Part shown: positions 37,700 to 50,934 of the stretch, piece by piece
How positions within the stretch are numbered: position 1 is the stretch's first letter
Layout of the letters: each line of letters opens with the position of its first letter
From: Carcharhinus amblyrhynchos
Taxonomy: Eukaryota
Direction of reading: 5' to 3'
DNA length: 64,000 nucleotides
Assembly: GCA_965287045.1 (NCBI GenBank)
Contig: OZ336899.1
Coordinates: 32,550,001-32,614,000 of the forward strand
Made by a program: the position numbers and the translations under genes
The notes under the pieces: generated by a model
The model's input: the letters and a program-made list of their open reading frames with translations, nothing else
What the model was told of the DNA's origin: nothing
Database searches by the model: none

Positions 37700-38220
37700 A
37701 AATCATAGAATCATAGAAGTTTACAGTGTGGAACAGGCCCTTCAGCCCAACAGCCGTATGCAAATTTTTAAAAAATTTCCTAAACTAATCCCAATTGCCT
37801 GCATTTTTCCCATATCCCTCTATATCCATCATACCCATGTAACTATCTAACTGCTTTTTAAAAGATAAAATTGTACCCGCCTTTACTACTACCTCTGGCA
37901 GCTTGTTCCAGACACTCACCACCCTCTGTGAAAAAATTAGCCCTCTTGATACTTTTGTACCTCTCCCCTCTCACCTTATACCTATGCCTCCTAATTTTAA
38001 ACCTCTCTACCTTTGCGAAAAGATATTAGCTATCTACCTTGTCTATGCCCCTCATTATTTAATAGACCTCTGAGGTCACCCCCTCAGCCTCCTATGTTCC
38101 AGACAGAAAAGTCCCAATCTATTCAGCCTCTTATAACTCAAACCATCAAGTTCCAGTAGCATCCTAGTAAATCTTTTTTGCGCTCTTTCTAGTTTAATAA
38201 TATCCTTCCTATAATAGCGT
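37700..38220 (-). mobile_element. CR1 LINE 3' fragment with (ATAGAATC)n tail
   Basis: aatcatagaatcatagaag...ggcccttcagcccaac; related to 3345-4070. Confidence 0.8.
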
Positions 38221-39071
38221 GAGATTATCGAGTGAGGGAGAATAGGTTGTCTGAACTTGAGTCTATAAAAAAAATTAGAGTCAGTAGTATGATAACTCGG
38301 CTGGCTTTGAGGTAAATTTAATCTTGTGCTTCAGTTTTAAGGTCTACATGACTTGAGTTTGCTGTTTTTTGAGAGACTAGTGCTGAGTGGGATTTTTCTA
38401 AGAAATCTCTAGCTGCTGCAAGGCATTCTTGGATGAACACAGTCAGCAAACGGGGCTCGAGGTGTTGGACAGAAAGGGAAGTCGGAGGGAATCTGCTTGG
38501 GTCATCTCTGCAAGTTGCTTGTTCTCCATTCTGCTGAAAAACATATGGCTAAAACATACAAAGGGTTTGCCTGTCAGGTGACCTCCTTCCAATTGCAGAG
38601 AGATTTTTAAAAAAGGCATTGTTCATGTATTCCAAAGGTGAGTTGCTTAGCTTATGTCTGAAAGCTAGGTGCATTCTCAAAGTGATTTGTCTTAACGAAC
38701 CATCTCCAACAATAGAATACCTCTGCTGATTGCCGTAGATGCTTTGCTGATGAGAGAGGTGATGAATCCTTCACACTCCCCTGAAGTGATTGTCCTTGGG
38801 TTTTGCAAACGGACTGACTCGACTCCAGTGAATTAAAATGTGTTGCGAGACAAATTAGGGTTAGCTATCTTGGGAGTTCAAATCACGTTAGTATGTGTTT
38901 TTTAAAAATCTGTTTACAGATTTCCCACTAGTAGATTAAAAACCATTCTCTGACGTAAAGCATATTGACATGACGTCATGTCTTCGGTGTTTCTTATTTT
39001 CTCCTCTTGACTGACTGGGAAGACAGGAAGTCGGGCCACAATCAGATCAGCTATGATCTTATCAAATTATA

Positions 39072-39390
39072 GGGCAGCATGGTGACAGTGGTTGGCACTG
39101 CTGCCTCACAGCACCAGGCTCCCAGGTTCGGTTCTGGCTTGGGTCACTGTCTATGTGGAGTTTGCGCATTCTACTCATGTCTGCATGGGTTTCCTCCGGA
39201 TGCTTCAGTTTCCTCCCACAGTCCAAAGATATGTGGGTTAGGTAGTTTAGTCCTGCTAAATTGCCCCGTAGTATCTGGCGGGAGGGCTAGCTGTGGTAAC
39301 TGCATGGGGTTATGGGGATAGAGCCTGTGTGGGATTGTATTGGTGCAGACTTGATGGGCAGAATGGCCTCTTGCTACACTGTAGGATTCA
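39072..39390 (+). mobile_element. V-SINE (HE1-like), tail type A
   Basis: tRNA head acagtggttggcactgctgcctcacag, V-domain, CR1-type tail. Confidence 0.88.
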
Positions 39391-40403
39391 GTGAAATGAT
39401 GGTTCAGGCTTGAGGGGCTGAATGACGTACTCCTGCTTATAATTCCTTTGTTACGTTCTCCCATATATTCAGTTTGGTTCTGTACTGGTTCTGTACTAGT
39501 TCTGAGCATAATATTTATTGTTTTTCTTTTTCAACTCCAACTCAATATTTAAATGCCCTTCCTTTCACCCATTCAAACATGTTCCACTTCTTCATTCCTC
39601 AGAACAAGTTCTTCATTGGACAGGAAACACAATGATAAATAACATTCTGCCATATGTACTTCAGGAATTTCACTCCTCTTTGTCCTTAACATTATTTTCC
39701 TATAATAATTGAATCTCATTATTATAACTCTGTTCTTGCATCTTACTGAAACCTGCTCCTCAAACCTTCTTCCCACTAGTTCCCACTAGTATACAGGCAT
39801 TTACTACTATGTGGCCTGTAGTATACATTTAGCAATTTAATAGCTCTTCAGTTGCCTTTTAATGCTAAATAATTTGTCTTTGAGACCTTGAGTACAAAAT
39901 CCTTTCTAGTATCTTTGATCAGCATTGCCATTCTGCTTCTTGCTTCACCCTTTCTTCTCTTTCGTGAATATCTTGTAGCCAGATGAAGAGATGGAATGGT
40001 ATAAAGCTAATGCACAATTATAATTTCTGAAAGTTCAGACATCTATTCCCATTAGGTGTTTGATACGATAACGTGCAAGAGAAATTTCAGAGATAACAGG
40101 GCCAGCAGTCTTTCTGCACAGACTGAATGGTAGTATAAATCTCTGACACCACTGCACAATAATAAATAATGGAAACCAGTAAGTGTGGGAAAATAAATGG
40201 AAAACTCTCCCGTTGATGTTTCATTAACCCATAAAGATTTGGGGTGGCATAAAATTTGATCCATGTTATGCACTGAGTTAGTATAAAAAGAGTTTCTGCA
40301 TAGATAGTTGCTAATGCTTATTTTTGAAGTACTTGTTTTTAAATTGACATGAGCAGAAGAACCAAATAACCCCCTTGTTGGGTTCCAGTGCACATTTTTG
40401 TGC

Positions 40404-40918
40404 CAGTAATAAGAATGCGTTACTTTGAGTGGAAGCAAAAGCTCAATCAACTATTCTTCATTTAGACAATTGTAAAGCACACACATCATCACAAAGTCAG
40501 TAAATCCCAAATAACACTTTTTGTAGTTGCATGTCAGCATTTAATGTCTGACTTGGCATTTTCATATTTGCTTCACCTTTTCCCCTTAGATCCACACTAC
40601 CCTTATTTTTCTCAATGCCCTTGGTAGCCAAAGATCTGTCACTCTCTAACTTTAATGTACTGAATAATCAAGCATCCACTGCTCTCTGGAGTAAAAAATT
40701 CCCAAGGTTCACAACTCTTGAGTAAAGAAATTTCTCCTCATGGCAGTCCTTAATAGCTGACCCCTTATTCTGACATTGTGGCCCCCATATTCTAGATTCC
40801 CTAACGAGGGAATTATTTTGTTAGTAACGACCCTACAAACTCAGAATTTTATGTTTCCATTAGATCACCTCTGTCCTAAGTTCCGAGAATCTAAGTCTCA
40901 TCTACTCAAACTCTTCTT
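40404..40918 (+). repeat. Local duplication, copy 1 (probable donor)
   Basis: ~97% identical by eye to 41784-42296; contains unique-looking sequence plus an old minus-strand CR1 3' piece. Confidence 0.92.
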
Positions 40919-41356
40919 GTAGGAAAAAGAATGCCCATCCCAGGAAAGTGGTCTGATGAACTGGGTTCTGGGTCACCTTCTTGAACCATGTGTTTGGGAG
41001 CTTGTACAATGCTATTAGTAGGAAGCTCCAGGACTTTTGTACTCAACAATAAAAGAATAATAGTACACATCCAAGTCAGAATGCTGAGAGATCTGGGGAA
41101 GGGAAGTTGGAACTTTTGGTGTCTGCTGCCCTTGTCCTTCACTGCATTAGAGGTTTCAGATTTGGAAGGTGTTGCCACAGAAGGCTGAGGAGACAGGTAG
41201 AAGCTTGATAGAATGATATAGCTATGACAGAAGCGTGGCTTAACAGGAGACAGTGATAATAGCTCAACATTCTTCGTTACACAGTTTTCTGGCACAATGG
41301 GGATTTAAAAAAAAGGAGGGGATGGGTGGCAACTTTGGTTACAAAGCAATTACAAC

Positions 41357-41647
41357 AGGGGTGACACAGTGCCCAGCACTGCTGCCTCAGTGCCAGGGAC
41401 CAGAGTTCAACTCCCAGCTTGGGTCACTGTCTGTGCAGAGTCTGCACATTATCCCGTGTCTGCATGGGTTTCCTCTGGGTGCTCCGGTTTCCTCCCACAC
41501 TCTGAAAGACGTGCTAGTTCGGTGCATTGGCCATGCCAAATTCTTCCTCAGTGTGCCCAAACAAATGCTGGAGTGTGGTGACTAGGGGATTTTCACAGTA
41601 ACTTCATTGCAATGTTAATGTAAGCCTACTTGTGGCTTATAAACTTT
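41357..41647 (+). mobile_element. V-SINE (HE1-like), tail type B
   Basis: Head, V-domain and tail ggagtgtggtgactaggggattttcacagtaacttcattgc. Confidence 0.88.
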
Positions 41648-41649
41648 AA

Positions 41650-42630
41650 CTGTGAGGAGGGTGCTATGTTCGAAGGATCATTAATTGAGGTCATTTGGAT
41701 TGAGTTTAGGATCAAAAGAGAGGCAGTCACATAACGGTGTACTATCATCCCCCAAACAGCCAGAGGCAAACCTCTGAGAAGTGCAGTAATAAGAATGGGT
41801 TACTTTGAGTGGAAGCAAAAGCCCAATCAACTATTCTTCATTTAGACAATTGGAAAGCGCACACACCATCACAGTCAGTAAATCCCAAATAACATTTTTT
41901 GTAGTTGCATGTCAGCATTTAATGTTTGACTTAGCATTTTCATATTTGCTTCACCTTTTCCCCTTAGATCCACACTACCCTTATTTTTCTCAATGCCCTT
42001 GGTAGCCAAAGATCTGTCACTCTCTAACTTTAATGTACTGAATAATCAAGCATCCACTGCTCTCTGGAGTAAAAAATTCCCAAGGTTCTCAACTCTTGAG
42101 TAAAGAAATTTCTCCTCATGGCCGTCCTTAATAGCTGACCCCTTATTCTGACATTGTGGCCCCCATATTCTAGATTCCCTAACGAGGGAATTATTTTGTT
42201 AGTATCTACCCTACAAACTCAGAATTTTATGTTTCCATTAGATCAACTCTCTCCTAAGTTCCGAGAATGTAAGTCTCATCTACTCAAACTCTTCTTATTA
42301 CGGAATTTTAACTACCCAATATTAACTGGGATAGATTTAGTGTGAAAAAGATGGTGCGATCAGAAATCTTGGTGTATTCAGGAGGAGTTTTTATTTTGGC
42401 GAGGATTTAGCAAGCTCAAGAAAAGAGAGCACAGTTCTGGGTTTTAAGAAATGAAGGACAGGTCAATAAGGTGGTTAAGAAGACATATCCTTTAATTTAT
42501 TACTTGAGTTAGAATAGGATACAAGAGCAAGAAGCTTAGGCTAAAACAGTAGTTAGGCCACAACTTGAATAGTTCTGATCACCTGATTACAGAAAGGATA
42601 TAATCAGAGAGGATGCAGAGGAGACCAAAG
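41650..42630 (+). mobile_element. Decayed CR1 remnant (endonuclease region onward) split by duplication copy 2
   Basis: EVIWIEFRIKR and GVYYHPPNS-like motifs precede 41784; NFNYPNINWD (GDFNYPxIxW) follows 42296. Confidence 0.65.
41784..42296 (+). repeat. Local duplication, copy 2 (probable inserted copy)
   Basis: Direct repeat of 40404-40918 at an offset of ~1380 bp. Confidence 0.92.
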
Positions 42631-42867
42631 CAGCCCATCCAGCATATATTCTGCTGCCCTCACTGCTCTGAGGCTTTCTTCTAGCTGTATTCAGCATGGG
42701 AGATCCTGATTCATCTGAAGAAGGGTGATCAGTGCAAGGACATTGGGGAGGCTGGAAGTTTGATTGTGAGCAACAGCCAGACTGGTCTGTGGGACAACAC
42801 TCCCAATTTTAGGACCCAAGTGGCATTGAGGAAGACTTTGAGTTGACCGCATACTATAAAGCGGTAA

Positions 42868-43186
42868 AGGTGGCACAGCACGGTGGATAGCACTGCTGCC
42901 TCACAGTACCAGGGACCCAGATTCGATTCCAGCCTCAAATGACTGACTGTGTGGAGGTTGCATGTTCTCCCTGTATCCTTGTGGGTTTCCTCTGGGTGCA
43001 TCAGTTTCCTTCCACACTCCAAAGATATGTGGGTTAGGTTAATTGGCCAATTAACCCCCAGTGTTAGGGGAATTAACAAAATAAATGCATGGCGTTACTG
43101 GGATACGGCCTGGGTGGGGTTGTTGTCAGTACAGGTTCAATGGAACAAATGGCTTCCTTCTGCATGGTGGGATTCTCTAATTCTAT
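42868..43186 (+). mobile_element. V-SINE (HE1-like), tail type A
   Basis: gcacggtggatagcactgctgcctcacag...ttcgattcc; V-domain; CR1-type tail. Confidence 0.88.
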
Positions 43187-43674
43187 GTAGAGCCTCATAC
43201 AGTCATCTTGTGAATAGATTGGAATAATGGCCCAGGACTTCAGTTTCAGTTTGTTAAGAACCCTGCTGATGTTAAATGTAGGGTATCTCAAAACCCAGAA
43301 GGGTATGATGGAACATGAGTTCTTAGTGGCATATATTTTCAATTTGGTATATTATGAGGAAAGATATGCATACCATACAGGAATAGATAAGTCGTGTGAG
43401 TTCAGTTAATAAAGAATATATATTAACATAATGCTGAATTACACTGGCAGTGTCCAATGTTATAACATCCGATATAATATAACTTTGAGATGAGTCCACC
43501 AGATAATTACCACGCACGGGTTATTTGCCCACATTTAGGAAAATCGTCTTAAGTTTCAGCAAAGACAAAATCTTTTTGGTTTGAATTTTGGATCTTAACT
43601 GGCTGCCGTTTTTGCAATAATTATTTTTCTATGGCGATTTGCTGCAGGTAGGTGTGGCTGTGATGCTAAATTCC

Positions 43675-44011
43675 AGCACGGTAGCACAGTGGTTAGCACT
43701 GCTGCTTCACAGCTCCAGGGTCCTGGGTTCGATTCCTGGCTTGGGTCACTGTCTGTGTGGAGTTTGCACATCCTCCTTGTGTCTGCGTGGATTTCCACCA
43801 AGTACTCCGGTTTCCTCCCACAGTCCAAAGATGTGCAGGTTAGGTTGATTGGCTGTGCTAAGAAATTGCCCCTTAGTGCCCAGGGATGCGTAGGTTAGAG
43901 GGATTAGTGGGTATAGTATGTAGGGATATGGGGGTGGGGCCTGGGTGGGATTGTGTTCGGTGCAGACTCGATGGGCCAAAGGGCCTCTCTGCACTATAGG
44001 GTTCTATGGTT
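43675..44011 (+). mobile_element. V-SINE (HE1-like), tail type A, young subfamily
   Basis: Intact A/B boxes (tagcacagtggt; ggttcgattcc); close inverted match to 54781-55119. Confidence 0.92.
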
Positions 44012-44299
44012 CTACTGTCTTGTTCCAGTTATTGTGCTTTGGATACATCATTCTTTCCCTTTGACATTACCCACCCTGTGGATCCAGATTTTAGCATGTA
44101 TCTCTCCATTTTGGAATTAACACTTCTATATCCATTGTTTTCATCTAGTCACATAGGTGAACACTTGCTTTTCTCACTGATGTGCTAACTCGCATATCAG
44201 CTCCCTTCAGGTAGCTGTCCATACCAATTCCCCTGTTTATTTTCTTTTATCCCAATTTCATTTCTTAATCCTAATTTTCCCTTGTTTTTAATAGTTATA

Positions 44300-46200
44300 T
44301 CCCGAAGGCTGTGTGGCAGGGGCAGGCTGGTGGAGGACTGTTGTGTTGCAGATGTTTGGTATAAGGCTCATGGACCATAGACAATCGTGCAGGCAACCAG
44401 TAATAATGGTCAGACCAAACATCAATGAAGACACGGCATCGTGTGAAGAAATAATCAAAACCTTCGATACGTTAACCTTTAACAAGGTACCATCTAGAGC
44501 AAGCAAAATTCAGAAGGCCCACTCAAAGACTAGGAGGTAATATGGATTCCTTTATAACTGAGCAGTATGAATTAGCTGTGAATTGAGAAAATGGAACCCT
44601 GAAAGATGAATACGGAGTTCTGAAACATGAATTAATTTGAGATCGCATTGTAAAAGAAACACACTCCGATTATTTGGAGTACAGATATTATGGTCAACGG
44701 ACATAAACTTCATGTTAGACATTGGAGCAGGAGTTTCAATTCTATCTACACAGAAAAAAGCTTAAACCAGACATACTCCAGTCATTGACTTTTAGACTAC
44801 AAGGTCCTGTTGAAAGTTGAAGGACAGTTGCTAAATTCCAGCACAACAAAAGAGAAACCACAGAAACATTGTATGTGATGCCCAATCAAAAATGCTCACT
44901 TGTCTGAAAGCTGGTACAGATCAACAACCCACCCTTAAAAGAGACAATTGGAAAACCTAGAGGAAAGTAGACAGAATATTTCCCTGGAAGCGCAGATGAA
45001 AGAACCAAAAAAGATGTACAAGACGAGTAACGACGATCTATTGTCACACATTTCTGTTGGGAAGCCTGAACAGGAGAACATAAATCTTGAAGAGATAGAG
45101 GCATACTTAGACTGACTTAGTTCTTACCAGCAACCACACAGAGACTGCATAAAATACGGCAAGTACAAAATGTGCTAAAATCTGAAAATAAGACAAAAGT
45201 TTATGGCAAGAATCTGTTTCTAACAATCTTGTCCTGAAACAGTATTTCAGGTGACACAGACATCTCAGTATTGTGGATGACTTATCAATCTAAAATGAGA
45301 AGTTAGTCACACCAAGAGTTCACAGACCTGAAATCCTTCAAAGAAGATATCAGTGATATCTAGTGTTTTAAAATTTTGTGCTAGACACAAAATTCAGTTT
45401 GGGTGGCCAGGAATTTCAAAATGACCGGAAGACATGATTGTAAGCTCCATTAGCTGTCAACGACATCATCATTTCCATCCAGACCCTGGAATGTCTTGGA
45501 ATTGACTTTTTTTGAGATGAAGGGAAATACATTCCTCATGGTTGTTGACGATTAGTCCAGTTGGATTTAGCTTAAAAGTCTGAATGAAAGAACCTCAAGC
45601 ATTTATCAGTTCACTAAAATATATTTTTCCCCACACATGGCATTCCAGACCTTGTCGTTTCAGACAGTGGGTCACAGTTTGTAAATTAAGGGTTCAAGAA
45701 ATTTACAGAAGACTGTGCATTTGTTCGTACGACATTAGCCACTTACTCCACTCTTGGTCTCACCATTTGCTTGTAGGAACAGTCAAAGCTTTATTGCAAA
45801 AATGATGATCTCATTAGCATTGTTGAGCTCCTGTTCCATACCAGTGCAGAATTGGTTAGTGCCGTCAGAACTTCTGATGGGAAGAAGATTGCATGCTACA
45901 AGTCTGAGACCCTGTCTGGTTGAGATTACACCAACAAGATCATCAGTAGAGTGGACTAACTATCCACGTGACCACTAAGACAATCTGAACAGAGTCTCTG
46001 AAGATTCCCAAGCTACTCTACGGAGTACAGAGAGAACAAGAAGAACCTCCAATATACATGTGAACAAGGATGGGGAGATTAGTGAAACCACCACAACATT
46101 CACTTCTGTGCACCAAGATGAAGGCAGAGACTTTGGGGAGAGATATAGGATAATGTAAATAGAATTTATTGAGTCAAAAATCTGGTGTCAGAGATGTACA
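44300..46200 (+). mobile_element. Decayed Gypsy/Ty3 LTR retrotransposon internal region (gag to integrase)
   Basis: LI*DRIV gag-like motif at ~44632. Integrase motifs RPW..GIDFFEMKGNTFLMVVDD (45481-45552), HGIPDLVVSDSGSQF (45636-45680) and PSELLMGRRL (~45862-45891). Purine tract ggggagaga at ~46135. Confidence 0.8.
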
Positions 46201-46739
46201 TTAAATATGTAAATATATAGGGTCTATCATACAGTGACATAGGGTCACAATGTTCTTAACATCGTCCACATTGTCAGTTGCTGGACTTTCTTCTTGACTA
46301 GTAGTATGCTGGTGTTCTTCATCTTTATCTTCCAAGAGATCTTCTTTGGAGGTGATATTACTAGCAACCAGCCAAACTCCAATTTGATGATGATTTTTCT
46401 GTTCATCTTGTATATCCTCTGAAATGACCTTCAGCCCCGACAGCATGGAGAGATGGAGAGCTCTACGTAGAGCCCCATGCAGAATCTATCTTGTAAATAA
46501 TGAGCGTAATGCTCAATTGAAGATGAAGTTTGCTAACAGTGTTGCCCTAGTGTTATCTGTAAGTTCAGATCCACAAAAGATCAAAGGCAGCAATAATGGA
46601 GATTAGCTGCTTATGCCTTTGTTGTATAAGACAATGTCACGTGAGCTGTTTGATTTTTATTCATTACACATTTTGGAATAGTTTGATACAGTGGAATGTA
46701 AATACAAGAGGGCAGTGAAGAGTTAATAGTGTAGCTGTG

Positions 46740-46990
46740 GGTTTGGAGTTGGATATAGGCTAGACTGGATAAGAGTGGCAGATTTCCTTCCAAAAAGTCA
46801 TGAGTGAACCAGATTTACTTTACAACAATACAATAATTTCATAGTCACCGTTGCTGATATTAGCTTTTAATTCAGATTTATTTAATTTACTGAATTGAAA
46901 TCCCCCCAGCTGCCGTTGTGGAATGTGAACTCACTGGATTCTTACTTGAGGCCTTTGGATTGCTAGTCCAGTAACAATGAGTATGCTACC
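46740..46990 (-). mobile_element. tRNA-headed SINE (same family as 32984-34032)
   Basis: Reverse complement of the head (tggattgctagtccagtaaca...atgctacc) and body (ggcagatttccttcc). Confidence 0.7.
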
Positions 46991-47033
46991 ATATCAGCAT
47001 TGTATTCTTAATTTTCTATCTTTGATTTGCTTG

Positions 47034-47069
47034 ATTTTTCTCAATACTCTGTGGAGTATTGAGAAAAAT
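47034..47069. repeat. Perfect 16-bp inverted repeat with a 4-nt loop
   Basis: ATTTTTCTCAATACTC-TGTG-GAGTATTGAGAAAAAT. Confidence 0.9.
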
Positions 47070-49101
47070 ACTCTCTGTGGAATTAATAATTACTGGCCTT
47101 TATTTTGTATAAAAATATATTCCCTTACATTCAAATATATTTAATTTCTATCCCTTATTAGATTTGAGCTGGAATGAACAAGCAAGTAGGCAAGAAGTTA
47201 AATATGACATCCTGTTCCACTGATAGCAGTGCAGAATCAAAAACATGGTTCCAGAGCTAAGTTTTAGGAATTGAACTGTTAAAAACTTAGGAGTGGCACA
47301 TTGTATCTGTAAGAGTATTTCAGCAATGCTTGCACCATGCTGATGAAATGAAGTCAACAGCAAAGCAAATCAGAGCAAGGAAAGTGGAGGATGTTGGGAA
47401 AGGTTTGGAGAAAGTTCCAGAGGAGATAAAGTTGATGGCATGGATAAACTTGAAAGAAGGATATAGATTTAAAATTGATTTATTGATGGTAAGGAGCCAA
47501 TAAAGACAGCAAGGATTGAGGGAAAGTGGAATTCTGAGCAGGATAAAACACATGCATCTGAATCTGAATGTTTGGAATTGTGCTAAAGTGGAGTTTGATC
47601 TAAAAAATAACTTTGGATAAGTCGAACATTAAAGTAAAGGTTTGACTGAAGTTTTTCCAATAAGTTGTACAGACAAAGCTGAAGAGTCAAATCCCTCTTA
47701 ATATTTTATCAGCCCACAGCACATGGTCTGCAGCAATTCAAGAAAGCAGCCTACCATCACCTTCTCAAGGGCAACTAGGGATGGGCAATAAGAGCTGGCC
47801 AGCCAGCGATGCCCATGTCCCATGATTGAATAAAAATAAAATGGATAAACAGGAGCAAGAATCTTTATGTATGCAAATGCACACATTTATATTTGATGTT
47901 TGACTTTTTATTTTGGCAGAGGAGCTCATATAATCAGGTGAATGAAAAGTCATTGCATGAGGGGCTGGAAATTCTATTGGTTAATGCACCTGCCAGTTCA
48001 TGCTGTCAGGCCTCAGCATCTTTGAATTTTGTTACAGTAATATTGTCATCAGACAAGCAGAGAACCATTGCAGGAGCTGCACCATTTTCTCTGCCAATGA
48101 GTAAGCTACTTAATTACGTGCAGTTGCCCAATTCTCACTGAAGTGGAAACAAAATATATTGCGCAGGATAACTAAAAGGTAGCACCCCACACAGCCGCTA
48201 CTTTGTTGAATATAGAAAGCAGCAACTTTCCACACTAACCTGTAAATAACCAACTGCAAAGAAGCCCAATTGTTGTGCTTTGTCATTTTGCACCTGAGGA
48301 ATGAGAATAATTACTAATATGATAAGTGAAATTGATGTGTTCCCAAGGAAAAATTAACATAGCTGCCATTCATCTGCCTCTAAAATCCGATATATATTGC
48401 CCTGATAACTATGGTGGTTTTATTGAACAAGGTAATGTTGTAGGGAATTTTAATTTGCTTTTCGTCACTCTTTTGAGAAGCATTTCAGGGGCATGTGGTT
48501 GGCATCAGTAGTATGATAACTGATTTTGCATTGACCTTAGAGGGTTGTGTTGCCAATTACCAGCATTTTGGCCTTCCCACTCACCACCTCCAAGCCAGTA
48601 ATAATTCCAAAGTTTGCTAAACAAAATGGGCACTTTCTCTCAGCTACCCTTGCCAAATGAGGCAGACTTGTACTAGGATAGCCAGTGCCAAATGTAAAGC
48701 ACCTTTTTATTTCCTCTTATTAAAACCAGTTTGAAATATAAAAGAGAGAGTTTGATTGACTATTGAATTGGGGATACAAGATCCAGTGCGCAGGCTTATT
48801 GGTATGGCATAGTGTAATAAAAAGAGCTGTACATAAGGCCATGTCATTTCATGAACAATTTGTCCTACATATAAAACTCATGAATCTGCATCACTATTTT
48901 GGATTCTGGATTTTATGATTTCTGACATAGCAGTGTAGTAGGTCAAGTCAAAAGTGCAGTAGATGAAAATATGTTGCATACGTATGTATATATTATGCCC
49001 ATCACAATTTATCATCCATAAAGTTGAAATATTCTAAGAAACATTCAAATGAATGATATGGAAAGTAATGAAAGTAATGTTTTCCTATAACTCTTTTGCA
49101 G

Positions 49102-49169
49102 CAGCCAAACCTGAGAAAGTTGCCAACCACTGTCCACTTTGTCATGAGAATTTCCAGCCAGGGGAAGAG
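49102..49169 (+). CDS. CEP104: CEP104 coding exon, start of zinc finger 4, 68 nt
   Basis: Acceptor ctcttttgcag (followed by a second CAG), donor GAG|gtaagg. Phase-1 junction gives AAKPEKVANHCPLCHENFQPGEE, matching the CEP104 PAKPEKxANxCPLCHENFxPGEE motif. Confidence 0.95.
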
Positions 49170-50934
49170 GTAAGGACTTGAAAAATGGTGTAAAGCTTGC
49201 ATTAGTTCTTCAGCGTTCAAGTGCAAAGGTCTTTCCATTTCCCTTTTGTAGGTAAGAGAGTGCCTTTTAGACTTGCCTTGATTGTTTTCTTTCCCTTTAC
49301 AATTGTAAATCCCTCTCGATAGTTGCCCTGGTGTCTTGCTACATCCCTGTTCTTTTGAAGGTAGAATTATGGACAGCTTTTTAACTTTGACTAGGCAGAA
49401 TTAATGTACATATACGTTTCCAGCAGCGATCACTGAGTGGTGAAGATGATCAGGGTTCTTCTCAAGCATGAGACACTGAGTTAATCGTTGTTCTGTTTTG
49501 TAGTCATAGCTGAATAAGCTTACACAACATGGATTGGAGATTGAATTTAGAAAGCAAGAGTACATTTTCATTTACAATGTCTGTAAAGCAACCTGGTGGA
49601 GTTGATCACTTGTCTTAGATCATGCCTGATTCTCATTCACTTTGTTTTCAGTGGTATTGAAACCAGAAGAATGATCTGGTCTATTAAGTTACTGGCCAGC
49701 CGACTAACGGCATAAAAATAGGGCAGGTTCAGTGTGGGTAAGCAATATGTTCTACCAGATTATTGACCAGGTGGTGGTGACACTGATCCTACCCATAACC
49801 TTTCAGCTTAGTAATCAAGCTACAGACTCATTTGCTCAATTGGGAAATTATTTTTTAACTTGGGTTTCAAAAGTTGACAGGTAACTAGATATTGGCAAAA
49901 ACTATGGCTTATTCTTCTAAGTAATGTATTTGTTGAATGACCTCTTAGCTGTATTGATCAAGAAATTTCTGAAAATAAAATGGATGAATATTTGGTAGGA
50001 TTTGGGGACTTAAAGGATAAGCTCTAGTAAAGGTCGTTGTTTAATGGGATCTGATGGCCATTATTTGATGAAGTACCTTTGCACGCTATGACTTGCCATT
50101 CTTTGTGCATAAAGGCATTTCCTCCACCGCTTGGAACATGGTGTCAAGTGTTTGCGAGTGAAATTGCATAGATTTTAATAATTGAAAGAGAGCTAGCTGC
50201 TGTAAGAAACAGCAGAGGATAATGAGAACTTCAAATTGCAATTTTGTACAGTTCATTGCTGGGTGAGTCAGTGTGGCTTTGGATATTCCAGTACCGGTTC
50301 TTATGAAGATTTGAAAATAAATTGGAATTGTTCCAATCTCAGTGACAGATCTATGAAATTGTCACACAGTTAAACAAGAAATCTGAACAAGTAAGAGTAG
50401 CAAGAATATCAGTGCTGGGGAAAGAGTGCTACAAGCTGTACTGTACCTATACCTCACTGAGGGGCAGAAAAAAACAGTCTTGAAGTTTTGAAGGCTTTGA
50501 AGCCCCACTCTGTTCATAAATAACATTAGAAGATTCATTGTTCAAAATCAGCACTCCGTCAGGCAGAGGGGAGAATATTGATCAGTGTGTGTCATATTGA
50601 TCATAGTCGCGTGACCTCTGTTATCCTTTGTGTAGAATGTTTTGACAGCAGAAGCCATTTCATCCACCACTTGGAACAGCCACTGAGCTATTTGAACAGT
50701 AACAAGGAAGGGTAATTACAAAGAACAAGGTTGGATATAGATAGCAATAAACTTTGAGTCATTTATCCTGAAGACAATGGGGAGCCATTGCACTTACTGA
50801 GCAAATTGGCCTTTCATCACTACGTGTACTCTCTGATCCAGATCTGTTTGTGCCTGACAAATCAGATTTGTTATTTATCAATGAAATTATGGTGAACTTC
50901 TATAACATACTGTTTGGCTTTAACTCCTATATTA

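Noticed and set aside
43675-43745. tRNA genes at the tRNA-like heads (also 32984, 52134, 55050-55119)
   Set aside because: They are SINE heads continuous with the V-domain or SINE body, not standalone cloverleaf tRNAs.
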